In this document: positions 9,318 through 19,461 of the stretch, one piece after another
How positions within the stretch are numbered: the stretch's first letter is position 1
Layout: every line of letters begins with the position of its first letter
NCBI GenBank assembly: GCA_027064425.1
Contig: JAMOPO010000015.1
Location: forward strand, 128,001-192,000
From: Methanobacteriota archaeon
GTDB lineage: Archaea; JAADCQ01; Methanopyri; Methanopyrales; Methanopyraceae
Direction: 5' to 3'
Length of the DNA stretch: 64,000 bases
Notes under the pieces: model-generated
The model's database searches: none
What the model was told of the DNA's origin: nothing
What the model saw: only the letters and a program-made list of their open reading frames with translations
Position numbers and translations under genes: made by a program

Positions 9318-9929
9318 GTGGCCAAGCTGACCACGCTCGCGCTGAGAGCCCTCACGGCCGCGATCATCTTCGCGACGTCCACGGCCTCGGGGTTCCTCTT
9401 CGCGATATCACTATCCGGCAAGTCGCCCGTCGACATCTCGCTGGTGACGCGGGCGGCGAGCGACCTGGCGAGGGGCGACTACGACGCGCTGAGCCGCGAC
9501 CTCATGCTGGCGTACTCCCAGTTCATGACGAGCTTCAGCGCCGGGATGAAGCTCCTTCTGGAGTACGCCGGGCTCAAGGCGAAGGAGGTCAAGGAGAAGG
9601 TCCGGGAGCAGAGGTTCCGGTACCGCGTGAACGTCGCAAACGCGCAGGACGTCTGCGCCCGGCTGACCCAGCTGACGCACGTCGACGACATCGCCGGGGG
9701 CCGGCTCCAGGTCTACGCCGACACGAGCCCGGAGCCCGGGCGGCAGGCCCACGTTCTAATCAAGGCCATCGGGTACGTTGAGCGCGTGCGCGTGAAGGGC
9801 GAGACCATCGTGATCACTTCCACCCCGTACTACATAGAGGCGGAGGCCCTCGGGGTCTTTGACCGGAACGGCGACCTGATAATCAACGTCGACTCGATCC
9901 GGCTCAGGAAGGTGGAGCGTAAGTCATGA
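9318..9929 (+). CDS. Hypothetical membrane-anchored/secreted protein
   Basis: SD GGGGTGA before GTG; N-terminal hydrophobic helix; ATGA overlap with next gene. Confidence 0.7.
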   Translation: MAKLTTLALRALTAAIIFATSTASGFLFAISLSGKSPVDISLVTRAASDLARGDYDALSRDLMLAYSQFMTSFSAGMKLLLEYAGLKAKEVKEKVREQRFRYRVNVANAQDVCARLTQLTHVDDIAGGRLQVYADTSPEPGRQAHVLIKAIGYVERVRVKGETIVITSTPYYIEAEALGVFDRNGDLIINVDSIRLRKVERKS

Positions 9930-10498
9930 AGCTCCCGCAGAGCTCGCTCGCCGGGATGAGGAGAACGGTGGCGAGGCTGTGCCGCGAGCTCCACCGGCTG
10001 GGCCTCACGGCCGGGGGCGCGGGCAACGTCAGCGTGTGCCGCCGGGAGCGCGTCGCGGTGTCCCCGTCCGGGTTCCGGCTGGCGGACGTGAGGCCGCGCC
10101 ACGTCCCGGTGATCGACGTGGAGTCGGGGGAGACGGTGGTCGGCGTCCACGAGCCCACCTCGGAGCTCCCGCTCCACCTGACCGTCTACGAGCGCGTGGG
10201 CGAGGGCGTGGTGCTCCACTTCCACTCGCGGTGGGTCACCGAGCTGGCCCACGCCGGCAAAGAAATAGAGCCGACGGAGGATCTGCGGAGGCTGGCGGGC
10301 AAGGTGGAATGGATCGATTACCACCCACCCGGGAGCGAGGAGCTGGCCGAGGCGGTGGGTCGGGTGGCTAAGAAGCCGATGGCGGCCGTGCTGGAGCGCC
10401 ACGGGGGGCTGGTCGTGGGGGAGGAGCCGCGGGAGGCGCTATCGATCGCGGAGGCGTTGGAGGAGGCGGCGCGGTTGTCCGTCAGACCTCGTCCTTGA
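9926..10498 (+). CDS. Class II aldolase/adducin family (FucA-like)
   Basis: GNVS, PTSELPLH, HFHS, LERHG. Confidence 0.88.
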   Translation: MKLPQSSLAGMRRTVARLCRELHRLGLTAGGAGNVSVCRRERVAVSPSGFRLADVRPRHVPVIDVESGETVVGVHEPTSELPLHLTVYERVGEGVVLHFHSRWVTELAHAGKEIEPTEDLRRLAGKVEWIDYHPPGSEELAEAVGRVAKKPMAAVLERHGGLVVGEEPREALSIAEALEEAARLSVRPRP

Positions 10499-10751
10499 CC
10501 TGCTCCAGCGTGGCGATCACCTGCAGCAGCACGGTCCTGGCGTACTCGGGGGTGTTCTGGTCGTTCACCACCTCCTCCAACGTGGATATAGCCGTGCTGG
10601 CCCTGACGCCGGGCGACTGCCCCTCCTCCTTCAGCGCCTTAATCGCCTGCTTGGCGGCCCGCCGTACGTTCCTGGGGATCTGGTCGTCCTGGACAATTCG
10701 CTCCTCAAGGAGCGTACAACACTGCTCGAACTTCTCCTCGTAGTCCGACAA
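10482..10751 (-). CDS. UPF0147 family protein
   Basis: D..IPRNVRRAA and DQNTP.YART signature. Confidence 0.88.
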   Translation of the reverse strand: MSDYEEKFEQCCTLLEERIVQDDQIPRNVRRAAKQAIKALKEEGQSPGVRASTAISTLEEVVNDQNTPEYARTVLLQVIATLEQVKDEV

Positions 10752-10787
10752 GTCGCCACCCCCCGAGCCGCCGGTCGCCCGTCCGAG

Positions 10788-10817
10788 GTAACCTTGAAAA
10801 AATTTTTCGGAAGTTAC
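10788..10817. promoter_or_regulatory. Imperfect 30-bp palindrome in a divergent promoter (candidate operator)
   Basis: GTAACCTTGAAAAAATTTTTCGGAAGTTAC. Confidence 0.55.
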
Positions 10818-10837
10818 GCCTCCGGGGGCTCTCCGGC

Positions 10838-11323
10838 GTGAAATCCAAGATCAATCGGGAAGTAATCGAGGTGCTCATGGACGTTTACGGCCTTACAGAA
10901 CGGCAAGCCACGGTTTCCGTTATGCGCTCCGAAGGGATGTCGTACAGGGAGATCGCCGAGGAGCTCGGGATCACGGTGTCGGGAGTCAGGAATCACTTAG
11001 AGCAGGCTAGAATGAAGATGAAAGTTGACAACGACTTCGAAATAGCACGGATCGTCGGACGGCTTGAGGTCAGCCTCGGGCCTGCCCTGGTGATCGCCAT
11101 AGTACCGGTGGAGAAATCGGAGGACGTGATCAACCGGCTGATCCAGGAGGGTGAAGGAGTGACCGAGATGACGGGCCGGGGCGGCTACACCGGCGAGGAG
11201 CAGTCCGTTCTGTTCATTATCACGGAGGACGAGGACAAGGTCAAGGAGATCATCGAGGAAGAGGTGGGCGACAAGGTCCCGATGTTCATCATGCGAACAC
11301 CGTACGCTGCGCTCGCCCCGTAG
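10838..11323 (+). CDS. LuxR/sigma-r4-type HTH regulator fused to a PII-like (DUF2179-like) domain
   Basis: LTERQ...GMSYREIAEELGITVSGVRNHL; C-terminal GVTEMTGRGGYTGEE. Confidence 0.8.
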   Translation: MKSKINREVIEVLMDVYGLTERQATVSVMRSEGMSYREIAEELGITVSGVRNHLEQARMKMKVDNDFEIARIVGRLEVSLGPALVIAIVPVEKSEDVINRLIQEGEGVTEMTGRGGYTGEEQSVLFIITEDEDKVKEIIEEEVGDKVPMFIMRTPYAALAP

Positions 11324-11340
11324 GGGGTGAGCGCCCGGGG

Positions 11341-11940
11341 ATGAACATCAAGCGGTCCGACCTGGACAGGATGGCGGAGAAGCTCCTCGCCGGGTACAAG
11401 ATGCTCGGCATTCACTGCCCCGACTGCAAGGCACCGCTCTTTCAGCACCCCAAGACCAAGGAGGTCACGTGCCCCGTCTGCGGGGCCAAGTTCGAGGTAG
11501 TCAAAGGCAAGCTGACGATGGTCGAGGAGGGCGAGAAGAGGGAGGTCGAGAAGCGAGAGGGGGAGGCCGAGAGCGCTGAGGCCGGGGCGGAGGAAGAGGA
11601 GGAGCCAGAGGAGGTCGAAGAAGAGGAAGAGGAGACCGCCGAGGAGGAAGGGGAGGAAGGCGGGGAAGAGGCTGAGGAGGCCGAGGAGTCGGAGGAGGGC
11701 GAGGAGGAGGCTGAGGAAGAAGAGGAGGCGTCCGCCGAGTCCGAGGAGGCCGCTGAGGAGGCGGGGCAGCCGGAGGTCACCGCTGAGCCCGGCGAGGTCA
11801 GCGAGAGCGACCTGAGGGACGCCGTCATGAACGTGGTCAAGGTGTGGCTCGACCGGGCCGCCAGGACCGAGGACCCGGACGAGGCCGTGCGGGACCTGAA
11901 GGTTGCCAAGGAGGCGCTCAAGCTCCTCCAGCGTCTGTAG
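11341..11940 (+). CDS. UPF0148/SSSCA1-like Zn-ribbon protein with long acidic linker
   Basis: MAEKLLAGYKML..HCPDCKAPLF...CPVC; poly-Glu tract. Confidence 0.85.
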   Translation: MNIKRSDLDRMAEKLLAGYKMLGIHCPDCKAPLFQHPKTKEVTCPVCGAKFEVVKGKLTMVEEGEKREVEKREGEAESAEAGAEEEEEPEEVEEEEEETAEEEGEEGGEEAEEAEESEEGEEEAEEEEEASAESEEAAEEAGQPEVTAEPGEVSESDLRDAVMNVVKVWLDRAARTEDPDEAVRDLKVAKEALKLLQRL

Positions 11941-13057
11941 GGTCGCCTTCGTCGGCGTAATCAACCGCCAGTTCTGCGAGCTCTGGTCAGAGGACGACGC
12001 CTGCTCGGTGCAGTTTTACGATCCGGCGGATCAGCCCGGGCCGGTGATCCCGTACGTCCGGGAGGGCCCGGGCCGGGTACTACCGCCGTTCAGGCCGCCG
12101 TCCCCCGGCTGGATCGAGGAGCAGCTGGAGGCGCTGGAACCGGAGGTGATCGTCCCCACGGCCGAGTTCGCCGCCGAACCCGCTCACCGAGCGGCCAGGC
12201 GACTCGGAGCCGAGTACGCGGGCAACCCTCCCCGAGTGGTGAGGAAAGCCAGCGACAAGTGGGAGCTCTACCGGCGACTGTCGGACTCGGTCCCGATGCC
12301 CGAGACGTCACGGGACCCATCGGAGGTGCCCGGGCGCACGATCGTCGAAAAGCCCGTAAGCGGAGCGGGCGGCCTGGGCGTACGCAGGGTCAGGAAGGAG
12401 GAGGCCGAGCCCCGGCCCGGCGTCATCTTCCAGCGGTTCCTCCGCGGTCGCCACCTGAGCGCGCTGTTTCTGGCCGACGGTTCCGACGCCGTCCTCCTCT
12501 CCGTCAACGACCAGCTGGTGGATCTCAACGGGGGCTACGCCTACCGGGGCAACCTCGTCCCCTCCCCACTCCACCTCGTGCCTCACGTGCGCCGGCAGGT
12601 GGAGCGAGTTTGCCGGGCCGTGACCGAGGAGCTGGGACTGGTCGGGCTGAACGGCGTGGACGGCGTCCTGGAGGACAACACCTTCTACCTCGTGGAGGTC
12701 AACCCGCGCCCCACCGCGGCCGTGGAGTGCCTGGCCCGGGTCTCCGAGGTCGACCTTTTGCGCGCCCACGTTTCCGCCTGTCAGGGAGAGGTTGACGTCG
12801 GTCGAGCCCGGATTCGGGGCTGGTCCTGTAAGAGAGTCGTCTACGCGCCCGAGACGGTCCGGATCGGCCGGCTGGTGGGAGCCCGAGACCTGCCCAAGCC
12901 GGGCACGATCGTGCCCGGAGGTGAGCCCGTTTGCACGGTCATCGCCTCCTCCTCGACGCCCTCAGCCGCCTCAAGGCTGGCCAGGAGGATGGAACGGTGG
13001 GTCCTCCGGAGGCTAGAGCCTGCGTCGTCGACGCCACTCACGGAGGGGTGGTACTGA
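11903..13057 (+). CDS. ATP-grasp domain protein (methanogen type)
   Basis: KPVSGAGG, YRGN, GLNGVD, EVNPR, DLP..GT....GEPVCTV; start uncertain. Confidence 0.85.
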   Translation: MPRRRSSSSSVCRVAFVGVINRQFCELWSEDDACSVQFYDPADQPGPVIPYVREGPGRVLPPFRPPSPGWIEEQLEALEPEVIVPTAEFAAEPAHRAARRLGAEYAGNPPRVVRKASDKWELYRRLSDSVPMPETSRDPSEVPGRTIVEKPVSGAGGLGVRRVRKEEAEPRPGVIFQRFLRGRHLSALFLADGSDAVLLSVNDQLVDLNGGYAYRGNLVPSPLHLVPHVRRQVERVCRAVTEELGLVGLNGVDGVLEDNTFYLVEVNPRPTAAVECLARVSEVDLLRAHVSACQGEVDVGRARIRGWSCKRVVYAPETVRIGRLVGARDLPKPGTIVPGGEPVCTVIASSSTPSAASRLARRMERWVLRRLEPASSTPLTEGWY

Positions 13058-14160
13058 GCGACGCCCTGCACGAGCTGGGACTGGACGTCGTCCTCGTCGA
13101 CGTGTACGACACCCTCGAGGAACCCCGGGAGTACCCGGTGGTCCGGCGCGCGTTCGGGAGCTACGACCTCGTCGCCGTGCCGGTTCACTGCGGCGTGGAC
13201 TTCGGGCCCGTGCGGGGGCCGAGGGTCACTCACCACGCGCTGGCCGGGGCGCTGGCGTCCGGGGTCAAAGAGGGACCGCTCTTCGAGGTCACCGGGGTGC
13301 GCGGGAAGACCACCACCGCGACGTACCTCGCGCGGATACTGGAGGAGGCCGGCCACGATCCGGCCGTATCGACGACCGATGAGTCCCCGGTGGGCCGGCC
13401 CTCGGTGACCCCCGCCCGGGTGCTCGAGGTGGTGGAGGGGTGCCGACCACCCTACGTCTGCGAGGTCTCGCTGGGAGTCACCGTCGCGGCGGACTGGGCG
13501 GTGTTCACCGGCGCGCCGTACGATTACAAGATCGCTCAGGGACGCGAGTCGGCCGTCCGGGCCAAGGTCCGGACGATCGAGGAGGCGCTGGAGTGGGGAG
13601 CGAGGGTGATCGTCGAGGCCCGAAAGGGCGTCAGAGTCGGGCTGCGGGGGCCCGGAGTGGTCCGGGTGGAGGTAAGGCCCGGACGCGCCCGGGCTCCCGG
13701 TCTCTCCCTGGAGTGGGAGCCGTTCGGGATCGCCTTCCACGACCGCTGCTTTGGGCTGGCGGCGGTCACCGCCGTGCTCTCCGGCCTGGCGGACGGGGAG
13801 GACGTGTCGGCGGCCCGGGAGCGGGGCTTCGCGCGCGGTAGGCTGGAGCTCCGAGACGGTGAGCTCGTGGACGCTCACCCCGCGGTGAACGAGGAGACGG
13901 TGGAGTACGCCCTCCGCGTCGCCGCGGATCGATGGTCGGAGTTCGGGGTGGTGATCGGGGGTGATCCGGGCGGGTACTGCGAGGGCGTGGACGTGGACCG
14001 CGTCGCACGGGTGCTGGAGCGATGGGTGAGGTCCGGTCGGGTGGTTGGGGTCGAGTTCGTGGGCAAGCTTGGGGAGGCGGTTCGGCGCCGGCTGGAGGTG
14101 GATGTGGGAGAGATTCCGCCCGGGGTGCCGGTGGTCCGGATAATCCGCAAAGGAGATTAA
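12997..14160 (+). CDS. cfbE: Coenzyme F430 synthase (MurD-like ligase)
   Basis: [41 protein letters not shown]. Confidence 0.85.
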   Translation: MGPPEARACVVDATHGGVVLSDALHELGLDVVLVDVYDTLEEPREYPVVRRAFGSYDLVAVPVHCGVDFGPVRGPRVTHHALAGALASGVKEGPLFEVTGVRGKTTTATYLARILEEAGHDPAVSTTDESPVGRPSVTPARVLEVVEGCRPPYVCEVSLGVTVAADWAVFTGAPYDYKIAQGRESAVRAKVRTIEEALEWGARVIVEARKGVRVGLRGPGVVRVEVRPGRARAPGLSLEWEPFGIAFHDRCFGLAAVTAVLSGLADGEDVSAARERGFARGRLELRDGELVDAHPAVNEETVEYALRVAADRWSEFGVVIGGDPGGYCEGVDVDRVARVLERWVRSGRVVGVEFVGKLGEAVRRRLEVDVGEIPPGVPVVRIIRKGD

Positions 14161-14195
14161 GCCGGGCGCCCGGGGCGCCGGGAGGGGCGGCGAGC

Positions 14196-14669
14196 TTGTC
14201 GGACGTGCAGCGGGAGTTCGTGATGATCAAGCCGGACGGCGTCGTTCGTGGGCTGGTTGGCGAGATCATCCGGCGGCTGGAGCGGAAGGGCCTGAAGATC
14301 GTGGCGATGCAGATGATGCAGTTGGATCGGGAGACGGCGGAGGAGCTCTACGCGGAGCACCGGGACAAGCCGTTCTTCGAGGACCTCGTGGAGTACGTGA
14401 CCTCTGGCCCCGTGGTGGCGATGATCGTCGAGGGGCGGGAGGCGGTTAAGGTGGTCAGGAACATCATCGGAGCCACCGATCCAGTGGAGGCGGACCTGGG
14501 CACGATCCGGGGGGACTTCGCGATGGACATCGGTCGGAACGTGGTGCACGCGGCGGACTCACCGGAGTCCGCGGAGCGGGAGATCAAGGTCGTGTTCGGC
14601 GAGGACCCGCCGATCGTGGAGTACGAGCGGTGCGACGAGAGGTGGCTGTACGAGGAGAAGAAGGAGTAA
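14196..14669 (+). CDS. ndk: Nucleoside diphosphate kinase
   Basis: [22 protein letters not shown]. Confidence 0.97.
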   Translation: MSDVQREFVMIKPDGVVRGLVGEIIRRLERKGLKIVAMQMMQLDRETAEELYAEHRDKPFFEDLVEYVTSGPVVAMIVEGREAVKVVRNIIGATDPVEADLGTIRGDFAMDIGRNVVHAADSPESAEREIKVVFGEDPPIVEYERCDERWLYEEKKE

Positions 14670-15965
14670 CTACAAGAGCCGCTCCAGGTGCTCGAGGAAC
14701 TCGTCCAGGCGGTCCGCGGGGATCTCGGCCCCGGCCGCCCGCTCGTGCCCCCCACCCTCACCGCCGACCTTCTCCGCGGCCTCACTCGCGAGCTCGCCCG
14801 CGTCCGCGTCGCTGCCCTCGGGACACCGGACTGAGACCTTGACGGTCTCGTCATCCAGCCTCGAGACGCCCACCACCACCCGATCCTCGTTCTCGCACAC
14901 GATCTGAGAGACGATCCCGATCACGGTGGGCGGGATGTCCAGGCTACACCCGTCGATCAGCAGGTAACCGTCCCGCTCCTCCACCCCTCGACCCCGCTCG
15001 AGCTTGGACAGGGCCTCACGGATCACGGCTTTGTGCTTCCGCCGGAGGCGCTTGGCTCGGTCGAGGTGGTCCCAAGAGCCCATCGCGACGAGCAGACCGA
15101 TCCAGCCCTCCCCGTACCGACCGCAGGAGTTGAGCAGCGTCGCCGTCTCGAGCGGGTCCTTCAACGCCGTGAGTGGGCGCTCGTCGCGGAACACGTGAAT
15201 GTATCCCATCCGTCCGTTCAGGTCCGTCAGCCGGGAGTGCTCCTCCACGATCTCTGACTCCTCCTCCCCCGGGATGTCGACCGGAGGTCGGTCCAGCTCC
15301 CCGAACCTCGACTCGAGCGCCCGTCGCACGTCGGGCCCGGAGAGCGTCTCCACGATCTCCCCCACGGTCATGGTGGCGCGGCCGAACGTCCAGTAGGCTG
15401 GGTCCCGAGGCTCCACGATCTCGGCCTCCTCCCCGTCTCGCTCCGGGATTCGGTTCAGGCCGCGGACCCCTCGCCGGTCCGCCTGGTTGTCCCCGTAGGC
15501 TCCCACCAGGGCCGCCTTGGGCAGCTCCGTCCGCTCCAGCTTGACGAGGGTCTTGCACAGCAGGTAGGTGACGGTGGACGCGGAGGCCTCAGTCCCGCCG
15601 TCGAACCCGCACTCGCGCGGGTTGACTAGGGTGACGTTGCTGGGCACCTCCTCCGAGACCTCGTGGTGGTCAACGACCAGCACGGGGTCGTCCGCGGAGA
15701 GCTTCCGCAGGATGCCGCTCCCCATGTCCAGGATCACCGTCGGTCCGTCGATCCCCTCCTTGAGCACGTCGGACTCGTTGTCCAGCACGCGGATCGCGGC
15801 CGGGATCTCGAGGCAGCGCAGGGTGAACGCCAGGATGGCACCGGCGGAGAGACCGTCCGCGTCGTTGTGCGTGTAAACCCGAAGCGCGTGTCCCTTTAAC
15901 TCCGTGAGCAGGTCGGCCCCCTCGCCCAGGAGTCTCTCCAGCTCGTCCCAGCGGCTCTCGCTCAA
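14670..15965 (-). CDS. RecJ-like DHH/DHHA1 nuclease
   Basis: HNDADG, DMG, DHH, GGGHERAAG. Confidence 0.9.
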   Translation of the reverse strand: MSESRWDELERLLGEGADLLTELKGHALRVYTHNDADGLSAGAILAFTLRCLEIPAAIRVLDNESDVLKEGIDGPTVILDMGSGILRKLSADDPVLVVDHHEVSEEVPSNVTLVNPRECGFDGGTEASASTVTYLLCKTLVKLERTELPKAALVGAYGDNQADRRGVRGLNRIPERDGEEAEIVEPRDPAYWTFGRATMTVGEIVETLSGPDVRRALESRFGELDRPPVDIPGEEESEIVEEHSRLTDLNGRMGYIHVFRDERPLTALKDPLETATLLNSCGRYGEGWIGLLVAMGSWDHLDRAKRLRRKHKAVIREALSKLERGRGVEERDGYLLIDGCSLDIPPTVIGIVSQIVCENEDRVVVGVSRLDDETVKVSVRCPEGSDADAGELASEAAEKVGGEGGGHERAAGAEIPADRLDEFLEHLERLL

Positions 15966-15989
15966 GGTATCTCCCCTTTTCACCCCCTG

Positions 15990-16016
15990 GAATCGTTAAC
16001 TGGCTCGTAACAATTC
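15990..16016. repeat. 27-bp palindromic element, copy 1 (downstream of rps15)
   Basis: GAATCGTTA-ACTGGCTCG-TAACAATTC. Confidence 0.8.
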
Positions 16017-16031
16017 GGGCCGGGGGCCGGC

Positions 16032-16481
16032 CTACTCGACGTGCAGGGCCTCCGGGTCGTACTTCCAGTCCTTGGGCAGCTTGCCCTTCCGCTTGTAGTA
16101 CTTCACCAGTCGGTGGATCTTGGACTCGATCAGCTGCAGTCCCCGCTTCGAGTGCAGGTCCTTCGGGTGCCGCTTCAGGTGCTCGCGGAGCCGCTTGGCC
16201 CGCCGGATGAGGTTCAGCAGGTCCTCCGGGATCTCCGGCGCGAGCCCGTGCTCCTCCAGGATCTCGGTGATCTTCTTACCCGTAATCAGCTTCACGTCCG
16301 GGATCCCGTACTCGTCGCGCAGCTTGATGCCGATCATCGAGGGCTCGTAGCCCTGCTTGGCCAGGTCGACGACCAGGCTCTCCACCTCCTCCGGCGAGTA
16401 CTCGACCCACGAGGGCGGGGTCACGCGCGGTGGCCGGGTTGAGCCTGACTTGCCCTTGTCCCGGGAGTGCATGCGGGCCAT
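16032..16481 (-). CDS. rps15: 30S ribosomal protein S15
   Basis: MARMHSR..GKSGS; [11 protein letters not shown]. Confidence 0.98.
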   Translation of the reverse strand: MARMHSRDKGKSGSTRPPRVTPPSWVEYSPEEVESLVVDLAKQGYEPSMIGIKLRDEYGIPDVKLITGKKITEILEEHGLAPEIPEDLLNLIRRAKRLREHLKRHPKDLHSKRGLQLIESKIHRLVKYYKRKGKLPKDWKYDPEALHVE

Positions 16482-16484
16482 GGC

Positions 16485-17048
16485 CTATCGCCCCGCGTGG
16501 CGCTTGAACCATCTGGCGAACCTCTCGAGAGCCCGGGCCCTGTGCGACATTTTACATTTTTCCTCAACGCCTAGCTCGGCGAACGTTTTTTCTTGACCCT
16601 CCGGGATGAAGATCGGATCGAACCCGAAGCCCTCCTTGCCCCGGGGTTCCTCCGCGATCCTGCCCTCGATCTCGCCCGTGAAGGTCACGGGCTTCTCGCC
16701 CGGCTCGCAGTAGCCGACCACCGAGATGAACCGCGCCGTCCGGTCCTCCTCGCCCTCGAGCAGCTTCAGGATCCCCTCGTTCCCGATCGTGTCGAACACG
16801 TAGGCGGAGTACGGACCCGGGAACCCGTTCAGGGCGTCCACGAACAGGCCCGAGTCCTCGACGATCACCGGCTTGCCCAGGGACTCGGCGCAGTACCGGG
16901 CCCCGTACGCCGCGATCTCCTCCAGGCTGTCCGACTGCAGCTCCGGGTAGTCCACGTCCACGCGCTCCGCCTCGATCCCGTGATCCTCGAGGATGTCTCG
17001 CATCTCCCGGAACTTGTCCCGGTTTCCGGTGGCGACGAGGATCTTCAA
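16485..17048 (-). CDS. rdgB: Non-canonical purine NTP pyrophosphatase (Ham1/RdgB)
   Basis: ATGNRDK, EDSGL, GFPGPYS, GFGFDPIF, SHR. Confidence 0.95.
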   Translation of the reverse strand: MKILVATGNRDKFREMRDILEDHGIEAERVDVDYPELQSDSLEEIAAYGARYCAESLGKPVIVEDSGLFVDALNGFPGPYSAYVFDTIGNEGILKLLEGEEDRTARFISVVGYCEPGEKPVTFTGEIEGRIAEEPRGKEGFGFDPIFIPEGQEKTFAELGVEEKCKMSHRARALERFARWFKRHAGR

Positions 17049-17132
17049 CCGGCCGCCCCCCACCCAACGTTTAAATTCCGAGTGCAGTTCGGCTTGCAGC
17101 CCATTGGAGGACCGCTGGGGGTCGGTTCGGCA

Positions 17133-18929
17133 TTGAGTGAAGACAAGCGGGTAATCAGGCAACCGATAATATCGGTGCTGGGACACGTGGACCACGGTAA
17201 GACGACGCTCCTGGACAAGATCAGGGGCACGGCCGTTGCCGCCAAGGAGGCTGGTGGCATCACTCAACACATCGGCGCGTCGGAGATCCCGCTGGACGTG
17301 ATAAAGGAGATTTGCGGTCCCCTGCTCGAGCAACTCGACGTGGAGATCACGATCCCCGGCCTCCTGTTCATCGACACGCCCGGCCACGAGGCCTTCACCA
17401 ACCTCCGCCGCCGCGGCGGCGCCCTCGCGGACATCGCGATCCTAGTCGTCGACGTCATGGAGGGCGTCATGCCGCAGACCGAGGAGGCGCTCCGGATCCT
17501 CCGGCGCTACAAGACGCCGTTCGTGGTCGCCGCGAACAAGGTGGACCGGATCCCGGGCTGGAAGTCGCACGAGGATGCGCCCTTCACGGAGTCGTTCCAG
17601 AAGCAGTCCCCGGAGGTCCAGAAGCGGCTGGAGGAGAAGATCTACGAGCTCATCGGCCAGCTCCACCAGCACGGGTTCCAGGCGGAGCGGTTCGACCGCG
17701 TCCGCGACTTCACGCGCACGGTGGCCATCGTGCCCACGAGCGGGATCACCGGTGAGGGCATCCCCGAGCTCCTCATGGTCGTGACCGGACTCGCCCAGCG
17801 GTTCCTGGAGGAGCAGCTCAAGATCGAGGTGAGCGGACCCGGCAAGGCCGCGATCCTGGAGGTCAAGAAGGAGCCGGGTCTAGGCCACACGGTGGACGCG
17901 ATCCTCTACGACGGGATCATCAAGACGGGCGACAAGATCGTCATCGGTCACCCGGAGGAGCCGATCGTCACCCGGGTCCGCTCGCTGCTGAAGCCCAAGC
18001 CGCTGGACGAGATGCGCGATCCAAGCGACAAGTTCCGGAAGGTGGACGAGGTGAGCGCCGCGGCCGGTGTGAAGATCAGCGCCCCCGAGCTCGACCGGGC
18101 GATCGCGGGCGCCCCGCTGCGGGTCGTCGGCGAGGACGAGGACGTGGAGGAGGTCGTGGAGGAGGTGCAGCGCGAGGTCGAGGAGGTCACGATCGAGACG
18201 GACAAGGACGGGATCATCATCAAGGCGGACACGCTGGGCACGCTGGAGGCCGTGGTGGGTGAGTTCAAGGAGAAGGAGGTGCCGATCCGGCGCGCCGACG
18301 TGGGCGACATCACGAAGGAGGACGTGATCGAGGCGCACGCGGTCGCCGAGAAGGACCCGCGACTGGGCGTGATCGTCGGGTTCAACGTGGGCATCACCGA
18401 GGAGGCCAAGGAGCTAGCGGACGAGTACGACGTGGACATCATCGTGGACGACGTGATCTACGAGCTGGTCGAGAAGTACGAGGAGATGATCGAGGAGCGG
18501 ATCAAGCGGGAGCGCCGCAAGCGCCTCGACGAGCTCGTTCGGCCGGGCAAGATCAAGGTCCTGCCCGGCTACATCTTCCGCCAGAGCAAGCCGGCGATCG
18601 TGGGCATCAAAGTCCTCGGCGGCGTCATCAAGCCCGGGTACCCACTCATGCGCGAGGACGGCCGGGAGCTGGGCGAGATCAAGCAGATACAGTCACACGG
18701 TGAGCCGCTCGAGGAGGCCAAGAAGGGCGACGAGGTCGCCATCTCGATCGAGGGACCGATCGTGGGCCGGCACTTCGACGAGGGTGACATCCTGTACACC
18801 GACGTGCCCTCGGAGCACGCGAAGCAGATGTTCGAGGAGTTCTGGGACCTGCTGACCGAGGACGAGAAGGAGGTGCTGAAGGAGATCGCGGAGATTAAGC
18901 GCGAGGAGGACCCGTTCTACGGGACGTAA
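17133..18929 (+). CDS. infB: Translation initiation factor aIF5B (IF-2), no intein
   Basis: [27 protein letters not shown]. Confidence 0.98.
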   Translation: MSEDKRVIRQPIISVLGHVDHGKTTLLDKIRGTAVAAKEAGGITQHIGASEIPLDVIKEICGPLLEQLDVEITIPGLLFIDTPGHEAFTNLRRRGGALADIAILVVDVMEGVMPQTEEALRILRRYKTPFVVAANKVDRIPGWKSHEDAPFTESFQKQSPEVQKRLEEKIYELIGQLHQHGFQAERFDRVRDFTRTVAIVPTSGITGEGIPELLMVVTGLAQRFLEEQLKIEVSGPGKAAILEVKKEPGLGHTVDAILYDGIIKTGDKIVIGHPEEPIVTRVRSLLKPKPLDEMRDPSDKFRKVDEVSAAAGVKISAPELDRAIAGAPLRVVGEDEDVEEVVEEVQREVEEVTIETDKDGIIIKADTLGTLEAVVGEFKEKEVPIRRADVGDITKEDVIEAHAVAEKDPRLGVIVGFNVGITEEAKELADEYDVDIIVDDVIYELVEKYEEMIEERIKRERRKRLDELVRPGKIKVLPGYIFRQSKPAIVGIKVLGGVIKPGYPLMREDGRELGEIKQIQSHGEPLEEAKKGDEVAISIEGPIVGRHFDEGDILYTDVPSEHAKQMFEEFWDLLTEDEKEVLKEIAEIKREEDPFYGT

Positions 18930-18937
18930 CCGGCCCG

Positions 18938-18993
18938 GCCGATGACGAGAAACCTGGGCACGGACGGATGAAGAGCCGCGTCCTAGCGGAGGC
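18938..18993 (+). ncRNA. C/D box sRNA
   Basis: gcc-gATGACGA-gaaacctgggca-CGGA-cggATGAAGA-gccgcgtcctag-CGGA-ggc; two 12-nt guides. Confidence 0.8.
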
Positions 18994-19346
18994 TACCTCA
19001 GCAGCGGCAGATCGCCCGTCACGCGGTCGATCTTTTTCTCCCGCTCCGGCCCGATCCCCACGCACGTCACCGTGCCGGGCTCCAGCTCGGTCAGCCCGGC
19101 GTCCTTAACCAGGAACGCGGGCAGGCCCTGCTCCTTCGCCCGCTCGTACCGCTCCAGCAGCTCCTCCTCGTCCTCACACCTCACGACGACCTTCTTCTGC
19201 CCCTCCTCCAGCCACTCGTCCACTGGGGCCCCCATCTCCCTGGCCCGCAGGAGCGCGCCCACGGCCGCGTGAGCCACCTGAGCCGCCAGCTTGCCCCGAC
19301 TCAGGTCCAGGTCGCCCCGGACGACGATCACCTGCTTGTAGGCCAA
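18993..19346 (-). CDS. pth2: Peptidyl-tRNA hydrolase Pth2
   Basis: GKLAAQVAHA, GQKKVV, DAGLTEL.PGT. Confidence 0.97.
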   Translation of the reverse strand: MAYKQVIVVRGDLDLSRGKLAAQVAHAAVGALLRAREMGAPVDEWLEEGQKKVVVRCEDEEELLERYERAKEQGLPAFLVKDAGLTELEPGTVTCVGIGPEREKKIDRVTGDLPLLR

Positions 19347-19355
19347 AGGGCACCA

Positions 19356-19416
19356 CCCTCGGCTGAGAGGAGTCTCTTCACGCGAGGGGTCCGCCCGTCA
19401 GCTCCTCCTCATCGGG
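19356..19416 (-). ncRNA. C/D box sRNA
   Basis: ccc-gATGAGGA-ggagctgacggg-CGGA...gTGAAGA-gactcctctcag-CCGA-ggg. Confidence 0.8.
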
Positions 19417-19461
19417 CCCGACCCGGAGGCGAAACCTTATTTATATTGAATCTCCGGTCAA

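Noticed and set aside
14162-14181. GC hairpin upstream of ndk
   Set aside because: Short GC-only inverted repeat, expected by chance at this composition.
17133-18929. Intein in infB, or in DP1 or topA
   Set aside because: Lengths and motifs are continuous, with no Hint or LAGLIDADG insertion.
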